This document shows positions 1 to 14,100 of a DNA stretch of 64,000 nucleotides, one piece after another (within the stretch, counting starts at the first letter, position 1; each line of letters opens with the position of its first letter). Made by a program: the position numbers and the translations under genes. The notes beneath the pieces were generated by a model. It saw only the letters and a program-made list of their open reading frames with translations. It made no database searches and had not been told where the DNA came from. Origin of the DNA: Bugula neritina (taxonomy: Eukaryota; Animalia; Bryozoa); assembly GCA_964035545.1 (NCBI GenBank), contig OZ037765.1, forward strand, positions 14,208,698 to 14,272,697, written 5' to 3'.

Positions 1-1482
1 GTCTGGCACAGCAGTGAATAAGGGCTTTCCAAGCAAGTTTGTGCTGTAAAGGTCCGAACCCTACTATTAGTATGTTATATTCTTCATCACATGACATGCA
101 GTTAAAAACACATTTGGTGCTAAAATGCATTGTGCAAACTTGCACTACCTACAACAGCATCATTATTTTCATCACACTTGCTATAAAATAGACTTTTATG
201 TTTTTTATTTCCTTATAAAAACATAGAATATCAGTAAAACCTATCAGGGCTTTGCTACTATTTTTTGCTCCTACAGTTAAATTAACACTCAGAACCATAT
301 TCTCAACTTGTTACTCCTATTCTGGGTGGCAGATAGTATAAAATAAATACATATCTGTTAATAACAAGCTAACAGGTATGTGTTTGTATGTATATTGTGC
401 ATAAGGGAGGGAACAGAAATTGATAGTTATATTTGAAGCTGAAATAGAAAAAGAAGTGAGAGAACCCCTGATGAAAAAGCTTTCATAACAGGCTAAGGAC
501 TTGTTTACTATTGTGACAAAAGAACAATTGTGACTAGATGCCTTTACTGAGATTCGAACCACTGGCTTCGTGTTTACAGTTGAAGCTTAGATGCTATGTA
601 TAAAATTCAAGGCTTAAACTACGACTATCATTAATTTTGAGGACTGTGTATCTGCTAATGGTGGGATACAGATTTGGATAAAACTTAAAATAATTAATAT
701 TCATATTTGAATGATTAATTAATGGTATATATTATACATTTGACATCTTATTGTTTAGATGTGAGTGTCAAGAATTGGCTACCATACACCTCAAATGTGT
801 ATGTAGGATATGCATGGCGTCAACAGATAGGATAGAAAGTGATAAATAGTCGTGCAATTCTTACCACAACTAACAGGAATTTAATATTAATTATGGAATC
901 TCTCAGAATTGAAATACAAAAAACTCTATCAATAAAGCTAAACCTTAGTTCACTAAATATTCAGAACCCAAAAGCAATTATTTTCTAAAAATACAAATAT
1001 TTCTAATCACTAACAGTGCATATGATGAGTGTCCACTGTATTACACAAGAAACATTTATAACAATTAAACTATTTCACAAATCAATTTTGATTATGAGTT
1101 ATCAGATTAAACTATTTCATACTTAAAAAGATAAACAACATTATATTTTTCCTTAAAAACTCAACTTGAGACATTTCCGTTAGACATATTATCCATCATC
1201 ATTACAGGAGCACAGTCACATTCCCCTAAGTAATGTACACTAATTATTTCTAAGGTTCTAATGTTTTAGCAAGTTTCCATTTGCCAATCTTACTAATCTT
1301 TATTGATAACACAAAACTAGCTGGGTTTAGGGTGACACTAGAACGGTGAAGCACAACAATCATTTATTCAACTCATGCAGTTGTCACCTATAAGAATGCA
1401 GTGTAGTGTTTTTAGACACCTAGACTTTCATTGTTTCAGCAAAGCTTGACATGCCCTGTTATTATCACCATAAATTATTTAC

Positions 1483-4400
1483 CATCCTGTCTGTCAATCT
1501 CATTGCCAATATCCACTGCCATATTCTTCTGCCTCTGTATGACTTGGGAGAGAATGCCCAGTCCATCATCTTGCTCTGCACAAGGATAACACTATTTATA
1601 ATACAATCTGATGATCCTTTTCCAGGCTCTGCTCATGCAGCTGGCATAAAAATGTCAACACAAACAATTTGAAAAATATTTGTATTATTTTAACAACATA
1701 TCCACATGATTTTGGTAAAACTCAATAAAACAATGTAACAGACTCTGCCTGCAACAGTTATCATGTCCTAAAAGTAATTCCAAAACAAAAAATGGAAAAT
1801 AAGCTAGAAATGTGACCATCTACCATCTACCATGTAGCATATTTCTTGTATATCACCACCTAATCAATTTCAAATAAGTCTATCTCACAGAAGCCTTAAG
1901 AATGAATCCAGATTTGCATGAATACTGCAGTAATTAATTATATACCAGCTCACTATTTTGTACACCCACTGTATAATATAATGCAGTGCACTAAAACCAG
2001 TGGAGCCCAGTGCTGATCACATCATTGTCCAAGGTTTAGTGAAGGCTTATGCATTTATTTTCTGAAATAAACTGTGTACTATACTGCATTTAGCCAAAAG
2101 AAAAATGGTTCAACATATAATTGTTATTGTAATAACCTCAACCTTCATTTATTCATTAGCAGTGTGGTAGCAGTCACATCAATTTTACCTGCTAAAGAAT
2201 AAAATTTATCCCTAAATTAAAAGTGACATACATAAATATCCTTCTACGCCTTCCAGTGCATAACCTCAGTGCGTTCCCAGAGATGAAATAAAAGGTTTTG
2301 AAATAATTTGGTTTTCATTGAAGAATTTATTAAAATTAAACCACTGCTTTGACAGAAGCCAAGCCAGCAAATATTAAACAATTGAGTGTTGAATTGAAAA
2401 ACAAGCCATTAATCAGAAGAACATGGTTACATAAACGTGTTGCTAGGATGTGCTGAGAGGAGCTGCTAGGTCACCACCAAGTGTGTCACATAGTTTGGCA
2501 AACACAGAGATATTGAGACAACCCCTTGTCTACAGAACTGCTCCCACCCTACTTTGAAATCAGAGATTCCCAAGTCCCAACACAAATCTTATTATTCTCA
2601 TACAAAAAGCGAAGCCTAAATGACGAGAGAGAGAGCGCTCTTCCTACTCATTAGTGAGAATTAATTCTCACCTCGTACAAGAGTTTGTTGGTGCTGTCGA
2701 ATTTCAGAAACATCCATGTTATTGGCTATGTCCTCTTCATCAGCCCAGGGATTGGCTGATGATCTGGCAGAATATTGGTCATAGTCGAACCCGGATGGTC
2801 TAACCGTCACAACAACATTTATCATCATGTGGTAATTAACAACACAGTATAAATAAATAAAATAATTAGCATAATAAAATGCAGGTGTCAGTCAAACTTT
2901 CTATTTCAGCCTAAAATAAAAACCACAAATGTAATAAAATTATACTTGCGGTTTTCGCTCTCAAACTCAGCTAATATTCATATATTAAAGCATTGTAATT
3001 GCGAAATAGACTGCATTTCCCAGTAGCAAGGCAAGGCTTCCACCAACCTGGTTGAATTTCCATTTATGAGTTGCTCCAATTGCTTTTCCTTTGTTTGTAA
3101 CTCTTCTAACATTCCCTGTCTCCGATCTACCTCACTGCGTGTTCTGTGATACAAGAAATATACAGTATACTAGTTGTGAAATGGGGTTACTGATGGACAC
3201 AATGACATGACAGAGAAAGCAACTCCCAAATGAATGCATTTTAATTCATAGTGTTATAAATACAAAGCAAGTAGCACAGACTTTGAGGAAAATAATGAAA
3301 AATATCAACTCATTAAAACACGTATACTGTACATGAACATTGCACACACTATTAAGTATCCTTAAATTAATGCTGTATGCACATTTTGTATAGCTGCATC
3401 TAAAATAAATGCTAAAGAAAATACCATCACTTACAGGTAGAAAGACTGAGCGTTTTTAATATGGGTACGTCTGAGATCAGAGACTACATTGGAAAATTCT
3501 TTCATTTTAACTCTTATTTCATTGTCATACTGCAAAAGAATTATAAAATTTGCATAATAAATCAAAGCCATTGTCATAAACTGTGGTGATGACTCATGAG
3601 TATTGTTCAAATGAATTTACCAACACTCTGAAAATAAACTTATAAATTATAGCCAAGCCCTTTCTCGAATTGGCAGAATAATTTATTGGACAGTTTCTAC
3701 TGATAAGTGTCCATTGCTATATTTGTAAAAAATTAAAGTACACCCATAACTTGTTTACTAATATAAAATTTGACACATCAACAAAATTAATAAAAACTTC
3801 ATAAATAGGGAGTTAACCAAATTATATAAAAATCGCATTAACTCTAGCACATGCCAGCCAAGTACTATAAGGTATCAGACTGAAGGTTTCTTACTAAAAT
3901 CATTCACTTGACTTGAACTCAAACAGTGGAGCCACCCGAGAGTTTCTGAGATCCTAGCAAGTTGCAAAATGAGAAACCTAATTTACTTTTTATTCTCATC
4001 ACAGCTACTCAAGCAATATGCTCGAAACTTGCAGTCAACTTGCCGATGTATCTTTGTTACATCAAAGCATCTTATTTAGCTCCCAAAACTTGTGACAAAA
4101 AACACTTGTTTAAGTTTGTTTAGCAAATACTAATGTTTCAGTAAAGCTTTATACTATCATAAATTCTACTCTGATGGCAAAGAACTTTACCAACATATAT
4201 GCACAAACCAAAATGACTAAATCCTTCTTTTGCAACTGTTTATAATTACATCATCTACCCTAAAATTACTGTTTCAACAGATGTTAAAGAAAATTACTCC
4301 AAGTAAATGAAATAAATGAACAATAGTTTTTGAGCTCTGATAACAAGTTAACAAATGTATCTTTGCTAACAAGTGAAGAACCGATCCATGTTACTTAGCT

Positions 4401-5291
4401 ATGCATTTTACTTGACTTTGCAATCAATCTTTAATTTGAATATATTATATTTGAATATATTTTTGAATTTAGAAAAATGCTAAACCAATATTGTCTCGTA
4501 TTCTTTTAACTTTTGTAATAAAAATCCAAATTTATTTTGCACATCATATGCAATTATCATTGGCTCTCAGGTTTAGTCTTTATATTTCATAAAAAGACTA
4601 ATATTGCTTGATCACAACTATCCATTTACTACCCTTCTGCTATAAAACATATCAATATTGATTCCTTTTAATTAATACTGACAGATTTCAAGGATTTCCA
4701 AGATAAGTGTCTCTGGCACCGCTAAGTTTGGCATTTTTGACAGAGTTCAAGTTTAGCATTTTCTGTCTAAAATATACCCCAATTTGACTTGAAGAAACTG
4801 CTGACTGGATACAACTATAAATTGACTTGATTTATTCAATTATTGACTTGGCTCCCCAAGAGCTACGGTGCACTCCAAAACTTAGGACACACACTATAGG
4901 TTTATAGTGGCTTAAAAATATAAATATACTAGTCAATTACACCCACTCTTTTAAATAGACATAAATTTCATAAATTGCTGTGACTATACATACTTTAGAA
5001 TATTGCGAGTCAAGTCTGCTTATATTATTCCTTTTCTCCACCGTCTCTCCAATTCTCTGAGCTAAACTCAGAGCAGCAGCATGATCTGTATGCCTAAAAG
5101 CATTGAAACTATGTTTATTCTTTATGATTATAAAAACTAAATGCTACTCCAAGAAATTGCTTAACGGCCCCATAAATTATTTATAAAGAGAAATTACATC
5201 GTGGTTAAATAATGAGATTACCAGTATATTTTCCATGTAAAAACAAGCTTCAAGCTTCAAGACTTTAACAAACTTACCAAGAATCAGGCAT
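1483..5291 (-). CDS. STX8: Syntaxin-8 (Qc-SNARE), first six coding exons; 3' exons lie left of the window
   Basis: Exons 5291-5278 (MPDSW), 5093-4994, 3529-3435, 3143-3048, 2799-2672 and 1575-1483, all GT-AG and phase-compatible. They translate to ...EVDRRQGMLEELQTKEKQL...NPWADEED...EIRQHQQTLVREQDDGLGILSQVIQRQKNMAVDIGNEIDRQD, matching the STX8 N-terminus and SNARE motif as I recall them. Confidence 0.9.
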
Positions 5292-7419
5292 GGTGTGTTC
5301 TTGCTTGCAAAATGGTAGAGTGCTTAAAATTTCACCTTGCAACTAACAGCAAATATGAGGAAGCAAGATTGAAGCTTTCATCTGTGCTTCACCACAAGCA
5401 CTGTGGAATAGTAAGTATATATAACACAAGTTATCACATAAGCTGCTAGTTTATCAGCAATTAGGAAGATAATACGTAATGTTTAGCGATACTCAAAATA
5501 TTAAATATACATATTTAAAGAGGGTGTCAACCTATAACATAGCTGAGTTCACTTTTTTTACGAGTACATATATCAAACTATAGTTCTAACTTTGTATAAT
5601 GACAGCATGACTATTCCAATGACCAATGGCATATACGGGAATTGTGCAGACATAAAAGTGTGAAAGACACTTTCCAATGTCACATTATTAAGTATTCAAC
5701 AAAACATTTTTTTTCAAATTAGTATTTTTGCTCCTTTTTATAATAAACTAAAAACTTCAAGTTTTTTATATGCAAAATATTCTGAAGCTTGCACGTTTTA
5801 TATTTTAAAAAAGTTTCAACATAAATTAGTACTAAGCACAAAAATATTAAGATATCAAATAAATGAATAAAACCTAATAGTGCAGTTTTAAAACAGCATA
5901 TTCAAGTGCTTTGATAAAGATATACGATGTAACAAAATAAAATTAATTTTAAGTCTACCAAATAGTATTTAGTAGTATTTAAAGTGCACTGATCAGCAGC
6001 AACAAATTAAACACTTCAAACTTGGACTAAGAAAACCGAAATTTAAACACATAAAGAGAGTCTTGGTATAAGAAAAGTTATCCAGAGTTAACAAAATAAC
6101 AAAAAACCTAATCATCTAGCAACAAACAATTTAATTTCAGCAAAAATAAAAAAAATTCAAACCCATGTCTATCCAAGAAAATTAGTTGAAATAGTTTGTG
6201 GTTTGAAATGTATTATTAGCTTGGCCAACAACTAGAGATTGCTTATAACTCGACCTTAATAAATTATTTACAGTAAGTAGCTAAAATAAATTAAAAATCA
6301 TAACCACAACAAAATAAGTAAAATAAATCATATTAAATTATCAGGTTTATTTCATGTTTATTTAATTAATAGTAGCATTTCTTTAGGTTTGAGGATATAG
6401 ATACTAATAAATACAATACTGGTACACTTATAAAAAAACTAGATATGGTAATAAAATGTTGGCTTGTTATTAGAACTTACTGTCACTGTATGATGGGTAA
6501 CATTACTGGCTTAGAACATAAGTAAGCTATGAGTCACTTTCTTATTTCAAATTAATTTTGAGGATATACTATGCTAAACAATTTACAATGAACTGGAATT
6601 GTATTATAACATATTAATTATTTATTTACCATACAGCTTCATTTTTTAAGCAAGTTACAATATCAATGCAGTTATTATAACTATAATAGTATGAGCAAAA
6701 TAATACATCAAGTATACCTACTGTATACAGAAACCCTTTTTAAAAATACTGCAAGGGCCAAACATCATAAGAAATAAAGCCTGAAGTAACGTTCTAAAGC
6801 TATTGTCATTATCAATACGGCTATCTCCATTGCTCTATGAGTGAGATTATTATAAACCTAACTATGGCTATGTTTAGCACAAACACATCTGTGTCATAAC
6901 AACTATATTCATTTAAAAAAAACTTGAGTAAAACTTTATTGCAAGTCAAATTATTAAAAATTATTTTAAAAATGACAAACACTGTCACTTGACTTTCCAC
7001 TCCACTATTGAGTCATCTTTAGAGCATTACATGTGAAATGTACTTGTATATTCATCTTCTATCATTATAGGACCCATAGCACATAATAAGTAACTTAACA
7101 TATATCTATAGTGACTGTGGGCAAGTATAAAAGCTGATTCAAAAGTCACATTAACTCAAGTAAAATTTTTCTATTATATATAGAACATTACAATTATCAA
7201 AAATAAAATCATAATTATTATTATAATAACATTACTAGGTATTATTTAAAACGTAACACGCTCAACACCTGAAGACTTAAAGTTAACTAGTATGAGAATC
7301 ATTAAAAACTACAATAAAGTAGCAGTGTGAGTATGTTTAACTGGTGTCATTCCAGAAAGATGCTTCCCGGCAGATGCTAAGCTAAATTTCCCACTTAGAC
7401 GGTTTCCACATGGCTTTTT

Positions 7420-9020
7420 ATTTATTTTGGTACAATATATACATTTTGATTTTAGGTAATGATAATGATAAACTCATAATAATAAAAATAATCAAAATGA
7501 AAATGAAGTTCAGATTGAATATAAATATCATATTATTCATATTCAAGTTAATTTGATTTTGATTATGAATATCAATCATCAACGAAATATAAATATCAAT
7601 AAGAAGACCAATTATTAGTATCAAATTGAAATACTAATAGTATCAAAAGTCATAGAAAATTGAGCATCAACATAAAATCAAATAATATCACTGTCAATAT
7701 GAATTATTGAATATGAATTTATGAATATCACATCATAATCACGTTCAGTTTCACTATAACATTAACTATAAATTACTAACACTAACAGTAACAGCAACAC
7801 TAACAGCAACTCTAAGTTGAAGTAGTTTAGTAAATTATAGCCTGTAAGTGTATAGGATTAATTAATAATTATAACTACAAGTATTAGTAGGCTATTAATA
7901 TAACTATAAGTATAAGTATAAGTAGTATCATAATGATAATAATTAATATAGCATTATGATTATGATTATCATTATGATTAACAGACTCATTAACTAAATT
8001 TAAGTATACAATAGTTATTATTATGACTTATGACTATGAGTTATGTCTATGAGTATCACTTACTCTTACTGAGTATGAGTATCAGTATGAGTATCAGTAT
8101 GAGTATGAGTATCAGTATGAGTATCAGTATGAGTATGACTATGAGCTACGCCTACTCATACTCATACTCATACTGTAACTGGCTTTTTATATCATTTTGT
8201 TTGGGTCAAATATAACTATAAAAACAATGAACCAAGTACCAAACATACAGTATCACTGTCAGTGATATACACCATAAGAATTTCAATCACTTGCTAATAC
8301 TAATACTAATACTAATAGTGTCACATGAGTGATGGTGACTCTGACTACAGGCGTACTTCATTCGTTTCCGATAAGAACATTGATTTAGTAAAGAAAAACT
8401 AAGAGTTGTCTTTTCTTTCTGCAATGGCTCTTGGCTTGCAAAGGTTTGGATATGCAATAGCCATGGTTTTCATATAAATAATTTTGAAGCAGCTTACTTT
8501 CAATATTTAAAGTTGATGGTAGTTACCAATGTTCTACAGCTGTGATCAGTAGAGCTTATTAGATAAAAGTCTATATTTTGACCAAATCTATAATTAAAAT
8601 CATTTCACAAAGTAAACGTAGGTACTATAACTATTGTTATTGTATTACTATAGTATTACTACAAATATAATAATAATACTAATACTAATAGTAAGAGTAT
8701 TACTATTACTATTACTAATAGTAATAGTATTACTAAAAGTCTAATAGTAATACTAATAGTATTAGTATTACTATTATACTATTAGTATTACTATTACTAT
8801 TAGTATTACTATTATACTATTAGTATTACTATTACTATTAGTATTACTATTAGTATTATCATTATCATTATGATTATCATTGACACTATTACTTATTAAG
8901 TTATTAGTATTACATTTACTATAAGTATAACTTTAGATTTACTTTTAGTTATTTTCATTTTTGATTTTTAAGTTTCAGTCTTATAGTAAACGAATAAATG
9001 TAATACTATTAGTGTAGCAG
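7420..9020. repeat. Degenerate 3/6-bp-periodic low-complexity tracts ((AGTATG)n, (TAGTAT)n, (TAC)n-like)
   Basis: Visible periodic arrays, e.g. 8070-8170 and 8640-8880; they give spurious MSISMS/IIIF-type ORFs. Confidence 0.8.
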
Positions 9021-10668
9021 TAGCTGGCAGCATGTTTACATGCACACTGTGTGTATGTGTGTGTCATAGTCCATGGTCATAGTATATTAATAGCTCCTAA
9101 ACAAAACAATAAATTCCTACAACTGCGCAGCAAAAGCCACAATCAATGAATCAAGTGTATTGCAAAAGTCTAAGACAACAAAGCTGCCAGAACATTTCTG
9201 TTCCATTATTTGGAATTGTTTGGGGCTGGTGGTGCAATTTGGGTGACCAATGGGATCTGGAACACATCATTTTTGTTTATTTGTTTTTTGTGTATTATTC
9301 TGCTGTTGTTGGAAAGCATTGGCTATCTTGATCAGTTGCAATGAGTAGAGCCAAAGAGCAAGTTATACTACTTATAATTTTACATTAAACAAGATACATA
9401 TTACTAACTATTGAAATTTAAGAGCAGAAGCTGTATTATCAAGTTATCAGAGAAGAGCTAAAGGTTTGTCTGCTATTAATTGTTCTATCATTTATTGTCT
9501 TAACGCTGTAATATCGATGATTTTAGTTTATATTATATAAAATGGTTTATAGCTGACATTATTTTTAGTGAATTATTATGCAGTAATATTTTTGCTTACT
9601 TTAATAATTTTTATGTGTGTTATTTCCTTACAGTTCTTATTTCCTTGTACTTTATTTAGCCTTATATTGTGTGTATTTTATTTAGATTTCACAGTGTAGC
9701 TTTGTGAGCAAAAGTGTTTATAAGTTGGAATAAAATACTAATAACTACACTCACAAGACATCAGTTGAATTCCTAAACCTACTCTGATAAGCTTGCGGTT
9801 GCTAGCAGACCTAACAAAACTGCTACAATTAGTATTGGTATTAGTATTAGTATTACCATTAGTATAAATGTAATACTAAAAGTTGGTGGTACCTTAAGTA
9901 CTACTTATAGAATTTGCGTAACTGGGTCAATGTTTTAGCTACTCAGTTCCATGGTTACACAATTCAATCCAAGTATTACTATTAGTATTGGTCATGACAA
10001 AAAGTGTACAAGCTAAGTTAGACAAAATTCTATCAATGACTAATTCTAGTCTATTTGAAGTGAGTTGTGTTGTTGTGCATTGATTATGTTTATCTTTACC
10101 AATAACTATCTAAAAGGTTGGCAAATATGTTAACTCTTTAGTCAATAGCATCTAGTAGAACCCTCCTTCGCTTTACAGAAAGAGAAACACTTTACTTTGT
10201 TCAATTTGTTTAACAAATTCTTCAGTGGCAGCAATACTGTCGGTAAATACATATTTTTATTTTGCTGTTTGATCTCTTCACATTTTGTAAGTGACTAATC
10301 TGCTTTGTAGAATAGTCAGCTTAGGACCAGTTGAAACCTCACTTTTGAGTATAATTTGCCTTTTTCACTTTAATTTCTGTTGGAAGCTTTTTGTCGAACT
10401 CAATTGTTGTTACTGTGTGTGTGTGTGCTTTTGCAACCCTCAGAGAAGTAATTCGATAATACTTGCTTGACATTCTCTTTGCTTCCATTTCATTTACCAG
10501 ACACTGCAGCATAGTGGCTTTGCTTGCTGCAGTTACTGCATTGCCATTCATATTAGTCTGGCAGTACTTGAGGTTAGGTTCGCAATCTCGAATAAAGTTT
10601 TTTTTTATCTTGATTTTTTATCTTGAGGGTCCATGTAAATGTTTCCAGGTAGGTGTGCACCTGCCACC

Positions 10669-10974
10669 TGAAACATTAAGTATAGTGAGTATATAATTAC
10701 CTGAGAGTTACTCGACGTAGGTAGGCGTGACATTGAAGTATCGAAAGAACAATAAATGGGGGTCTGGCCGGCCAGGGGAAATACAAGGACCAAAAGTATA
10801 GTACTGATTTATAATTATTTTATCACAAAGTCTATCAGCATGTTTATCTACTGTAGGCTGACATCTTTCATCTCGTAGTCTTTCGTTCGTCGGTGACCCA
10901 ATATGTATTTTAATAAACAAATGCACATGACATTATAACGTAGCATCTCGCTAGTCCGTAATTAGTGATAAACA
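10669..10974 (-). repeat. 3' LTR of Gypsy #1
   Basis: Direct repeat of 15133-15438, 303/306 identical. Confidence 0.95.
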
Positions 10975-11109
10975 GGTGACTTCCATCTATAACATTGTGA
11001 TTAAGGTTGCTGAGATTAATAATATGATACGAGTATACATGATTAATATGGATTGGGGATTAACAATGAAACTAAATAACTATGTACAGGGTGGGAAACA
11101 GCTAATAGC

Positions 11110-14100
11110 TTATCCCATGTGGAAGTCCTTGTACTTAGCGGGGAGGACTCCACGGTTGCTTCTGGGTTGACGCTCTGGTGGTGGTGCCGCGTTCCTGAGA
11201 GGTGTTGCAGGCAGGGCAGGCATGTGGGGGGATTCATTAGGAGCATCCCCAACATCAGTATCAGCAGCATCAGCGACACCAAGAGTCTGTGTGTTATCTG
11301 GCTTGAGGTGAACACGATTCCTACGCACTATAGACTGACCGTTGTCAACCAAGTAGGATCTGGGGGAGTCATGCTGCTCGACAATCATTCCTGGCGACCA
11401 TTCTTTGTCAGTGCTTGACCTGATTAGTGCAGGAGTCCCAGGTTCCAGATCAGCCAACGGCCGTGCATGGCGGTCATGGTACTTCTTCTGCAAGTTTTGG
11501 TTGGCTATTAGTTGTTGGCTAGCCTCAATAACAACTGGTTTAAGCGACTCGGTAGTGATTGGCAAATCACTTCTTAGGGCTCTGTTGAACAGAAGCTCAG
11601 CTGGACTGAAAGCACAGCCAGTGATAGGAGATTGCCTGTATCTGAGTAGTGACCTGTATATATCCTCTCTTTCATCCTTACATTTTTTTAGAAAGGCTTT
11701 CATCGTTTGCACATAACGCTCAGCCATTCCATTGGACTTAGGGTAGTGCGGACTAGATGTTACAATGGTGAAGCACCAGCCTGATGCAAAAGTCTGCATG
11801 ACTCTACTGCTGAAAGGCATGTTGTCCGCCAGAATGGACACTGGTACCCCGTGTACAGCAAATATGGATTTCAATGCCAGAACCACGTCTTCAGCAGTCT
11901 TTCTCCTGAGTAATCTCAGCTCGGGGAAGTGAGAGTAACAGTCCACAACTACCAAGTAATCATTATTCTTATAGGACAGTATATCCATAGCCACTTTATT
12001 CCATGGTAGACTTGGCAGCTCATGAGACATTAACGGCTCTTTCTGTTGACGGTTGGAAAACTTAGCGCAGGTGAGGCAACTTGACACTTCATTCCGTATA
12101 TCAGCAGACAGCCCAGGCCAATAGAATGATTTCCTCGCAAGCTCTCTGCATTTCTCAACGCCCAGGTGGCCCATGTGTAGCGACTTTAGAATGTGCTTCC
12201 TCTGTGACTTCGGAACTATAAGCCGCTCTTCAACGTAAAGAAATCCATCCATATCATAGATGTCAGATCTAACATTCCAGTAGGGTTGGATTTCTGTGGG
12301 GGCCTGACTCCGTCTACTCCATGACCAACCATCTTGCAGTGCTTTTTTCAGACTGTCCATTGTCGGGTCTTCAGCATATGACTGTCTCATCTCATTCATG
12401 GTGCTATCATCGGTTTCTAAAGCATGAACCATCACAACTTCACTTTCGAGATCACACTGATCATTTGTAACGCGCTGAAGGTAGGCTCGGGATAGTGTGT
12501 CAGCAATATATAAATACTTGCCCGGAACATATGTGAACTCAGCTATCCGGTATCTTTGTAGTCGCAGAAGTAGTCTTTGCAGCCTTGGGGATGCCTTGTG
12601 CAACGACTTGTTCATTATCGGGACGAGAGGTTTATGATCCGTCTGTATGTGAACAGCACGTCCATAGAGGTAGCTGTGAAAACGCTCACAGCCGAACACA
12701 ACTGCTAGCAGCTCCTTATCTATTTGGGGATAGTTGCACTCAGTCTCAGTTAAGCTGCGTGAAGCATATGCAACAGGTTTACCTTCCTGTAGTAACACTG
12801 CACCAAGTCCCGACTTTGAAGCGTCAACTTGTAAATGCGCATCCTTGGTAACATCAAAATACTGCAAGACAGGTTCGGATGTAAGCAAGCGTTTAATTAC
12901 CTGGAAGCTTTCCATTTGTTCTTTGGACTACACCCACTGACTATCACTCTTCAGTAGCACTCTCAAGGGCTCAGTACAGGCTGACATGTTGGGTATGTAG
13001 GCTCTTAGGAAATTGAGAGTACCAATCAGTCTTTGTACTCCCTCTCGGTTTGTTGGGTCAGGCATGGCCTCAATAGCAGCTATCTTGTCTGGGTCAGGAC
13101 GCAGACCATCTTTCGATGCTATATGGCCTAGATAGCGTACCTCCGTCTGATTCAGCTGAATCTTCTTGCAATTAAACTTCACATTAGCCTCTTTGGCCTT
13201 TACCAATAGCTTTCTCAGATTGGCATCATGTTCCTGTTGTGTCTTTCCAGCTACAATGATGTCATCAAAATACACTGAGACACCAGGCAAGTCTCCAAAT
13301 ATTTACTCCACCTTCTTCTCAAAGACTTCAGCACTTGAGTGAAGACCAAATGGAAGTCTATCAAAACAGTAGCGACCATATGGGGTGTTGAACGTTGTGA
13401 GCAGACTACTCTCTTTGGTCAAGGCTACATGCCAGTATCCATGTTTCATGTCCATGATGGTGTAGTATTGCATACCATTGAATCTGAAGGCAATGTCTTC
13501 TAATGTGGGTATCTTGTGATGTTCTCGTCTCACTGCTCTGTTCAGGTCCTTGGAGTCTAGGCATATACGAACCGACCCATCTTTCTTTTCAACGCATACC
13601 ATACTACTCACCCAGTTGGTTGGTACGTCAACCTTAGATATGATTCCAGATGCCTCCATATCATCCAGTTCCTTTTTCACTTTGTCTAACATACTGAGTG
13701 GGACACGTCTTGGATGATGAACCACAGGCTTCACATTCTCGTCAACACATATCTCGTGCTCTCCATCAAGTCTGCCAACTCCTTCAAACACCTCAGGGAA
13801 CTCCTGAAGTATCGAGGTTGACAACTGATCAACTCTGCGGATCAGACCAAAAGATTCAGCAGCCTCGAGGCCAAGTATGGGAGGAAGGTCCTCATCAACC
13901 ACCTCAAAGTGGACACTCTGGCTATGCTCCTTGTGGTTCACGGTGAGTTGAACTGCACCCACATTCTTGATCTTGGTCTTATTATAGCCGTAAAGGCATA
14001 CAGAAGTGGGCTTTAGAGTAGCACCAAGTGACTGAACGGTTCTTAGGTTGATGCAATTTGTTTCAGCTCCAGTATCAATCTTAAACTGAATATCATTGGC

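Noticed and set aside
8345-8475. Possible extra upstream coding exon of STX8
   Set aside because: The ATG frame stops early, and an STX8-like first exon (MPDSW) is already present at 5291-5278.
12928-13305. Programmed readthrough or recoding at the two in-frame stops in Gypsy #1 pol
   Set aside because: They fall inside and just after RT at likely CAA>TAA and TGG>TAG transitions, not at the gag-pol boundary. The number is compatible with neutral decay given ~1% LTR divergence.
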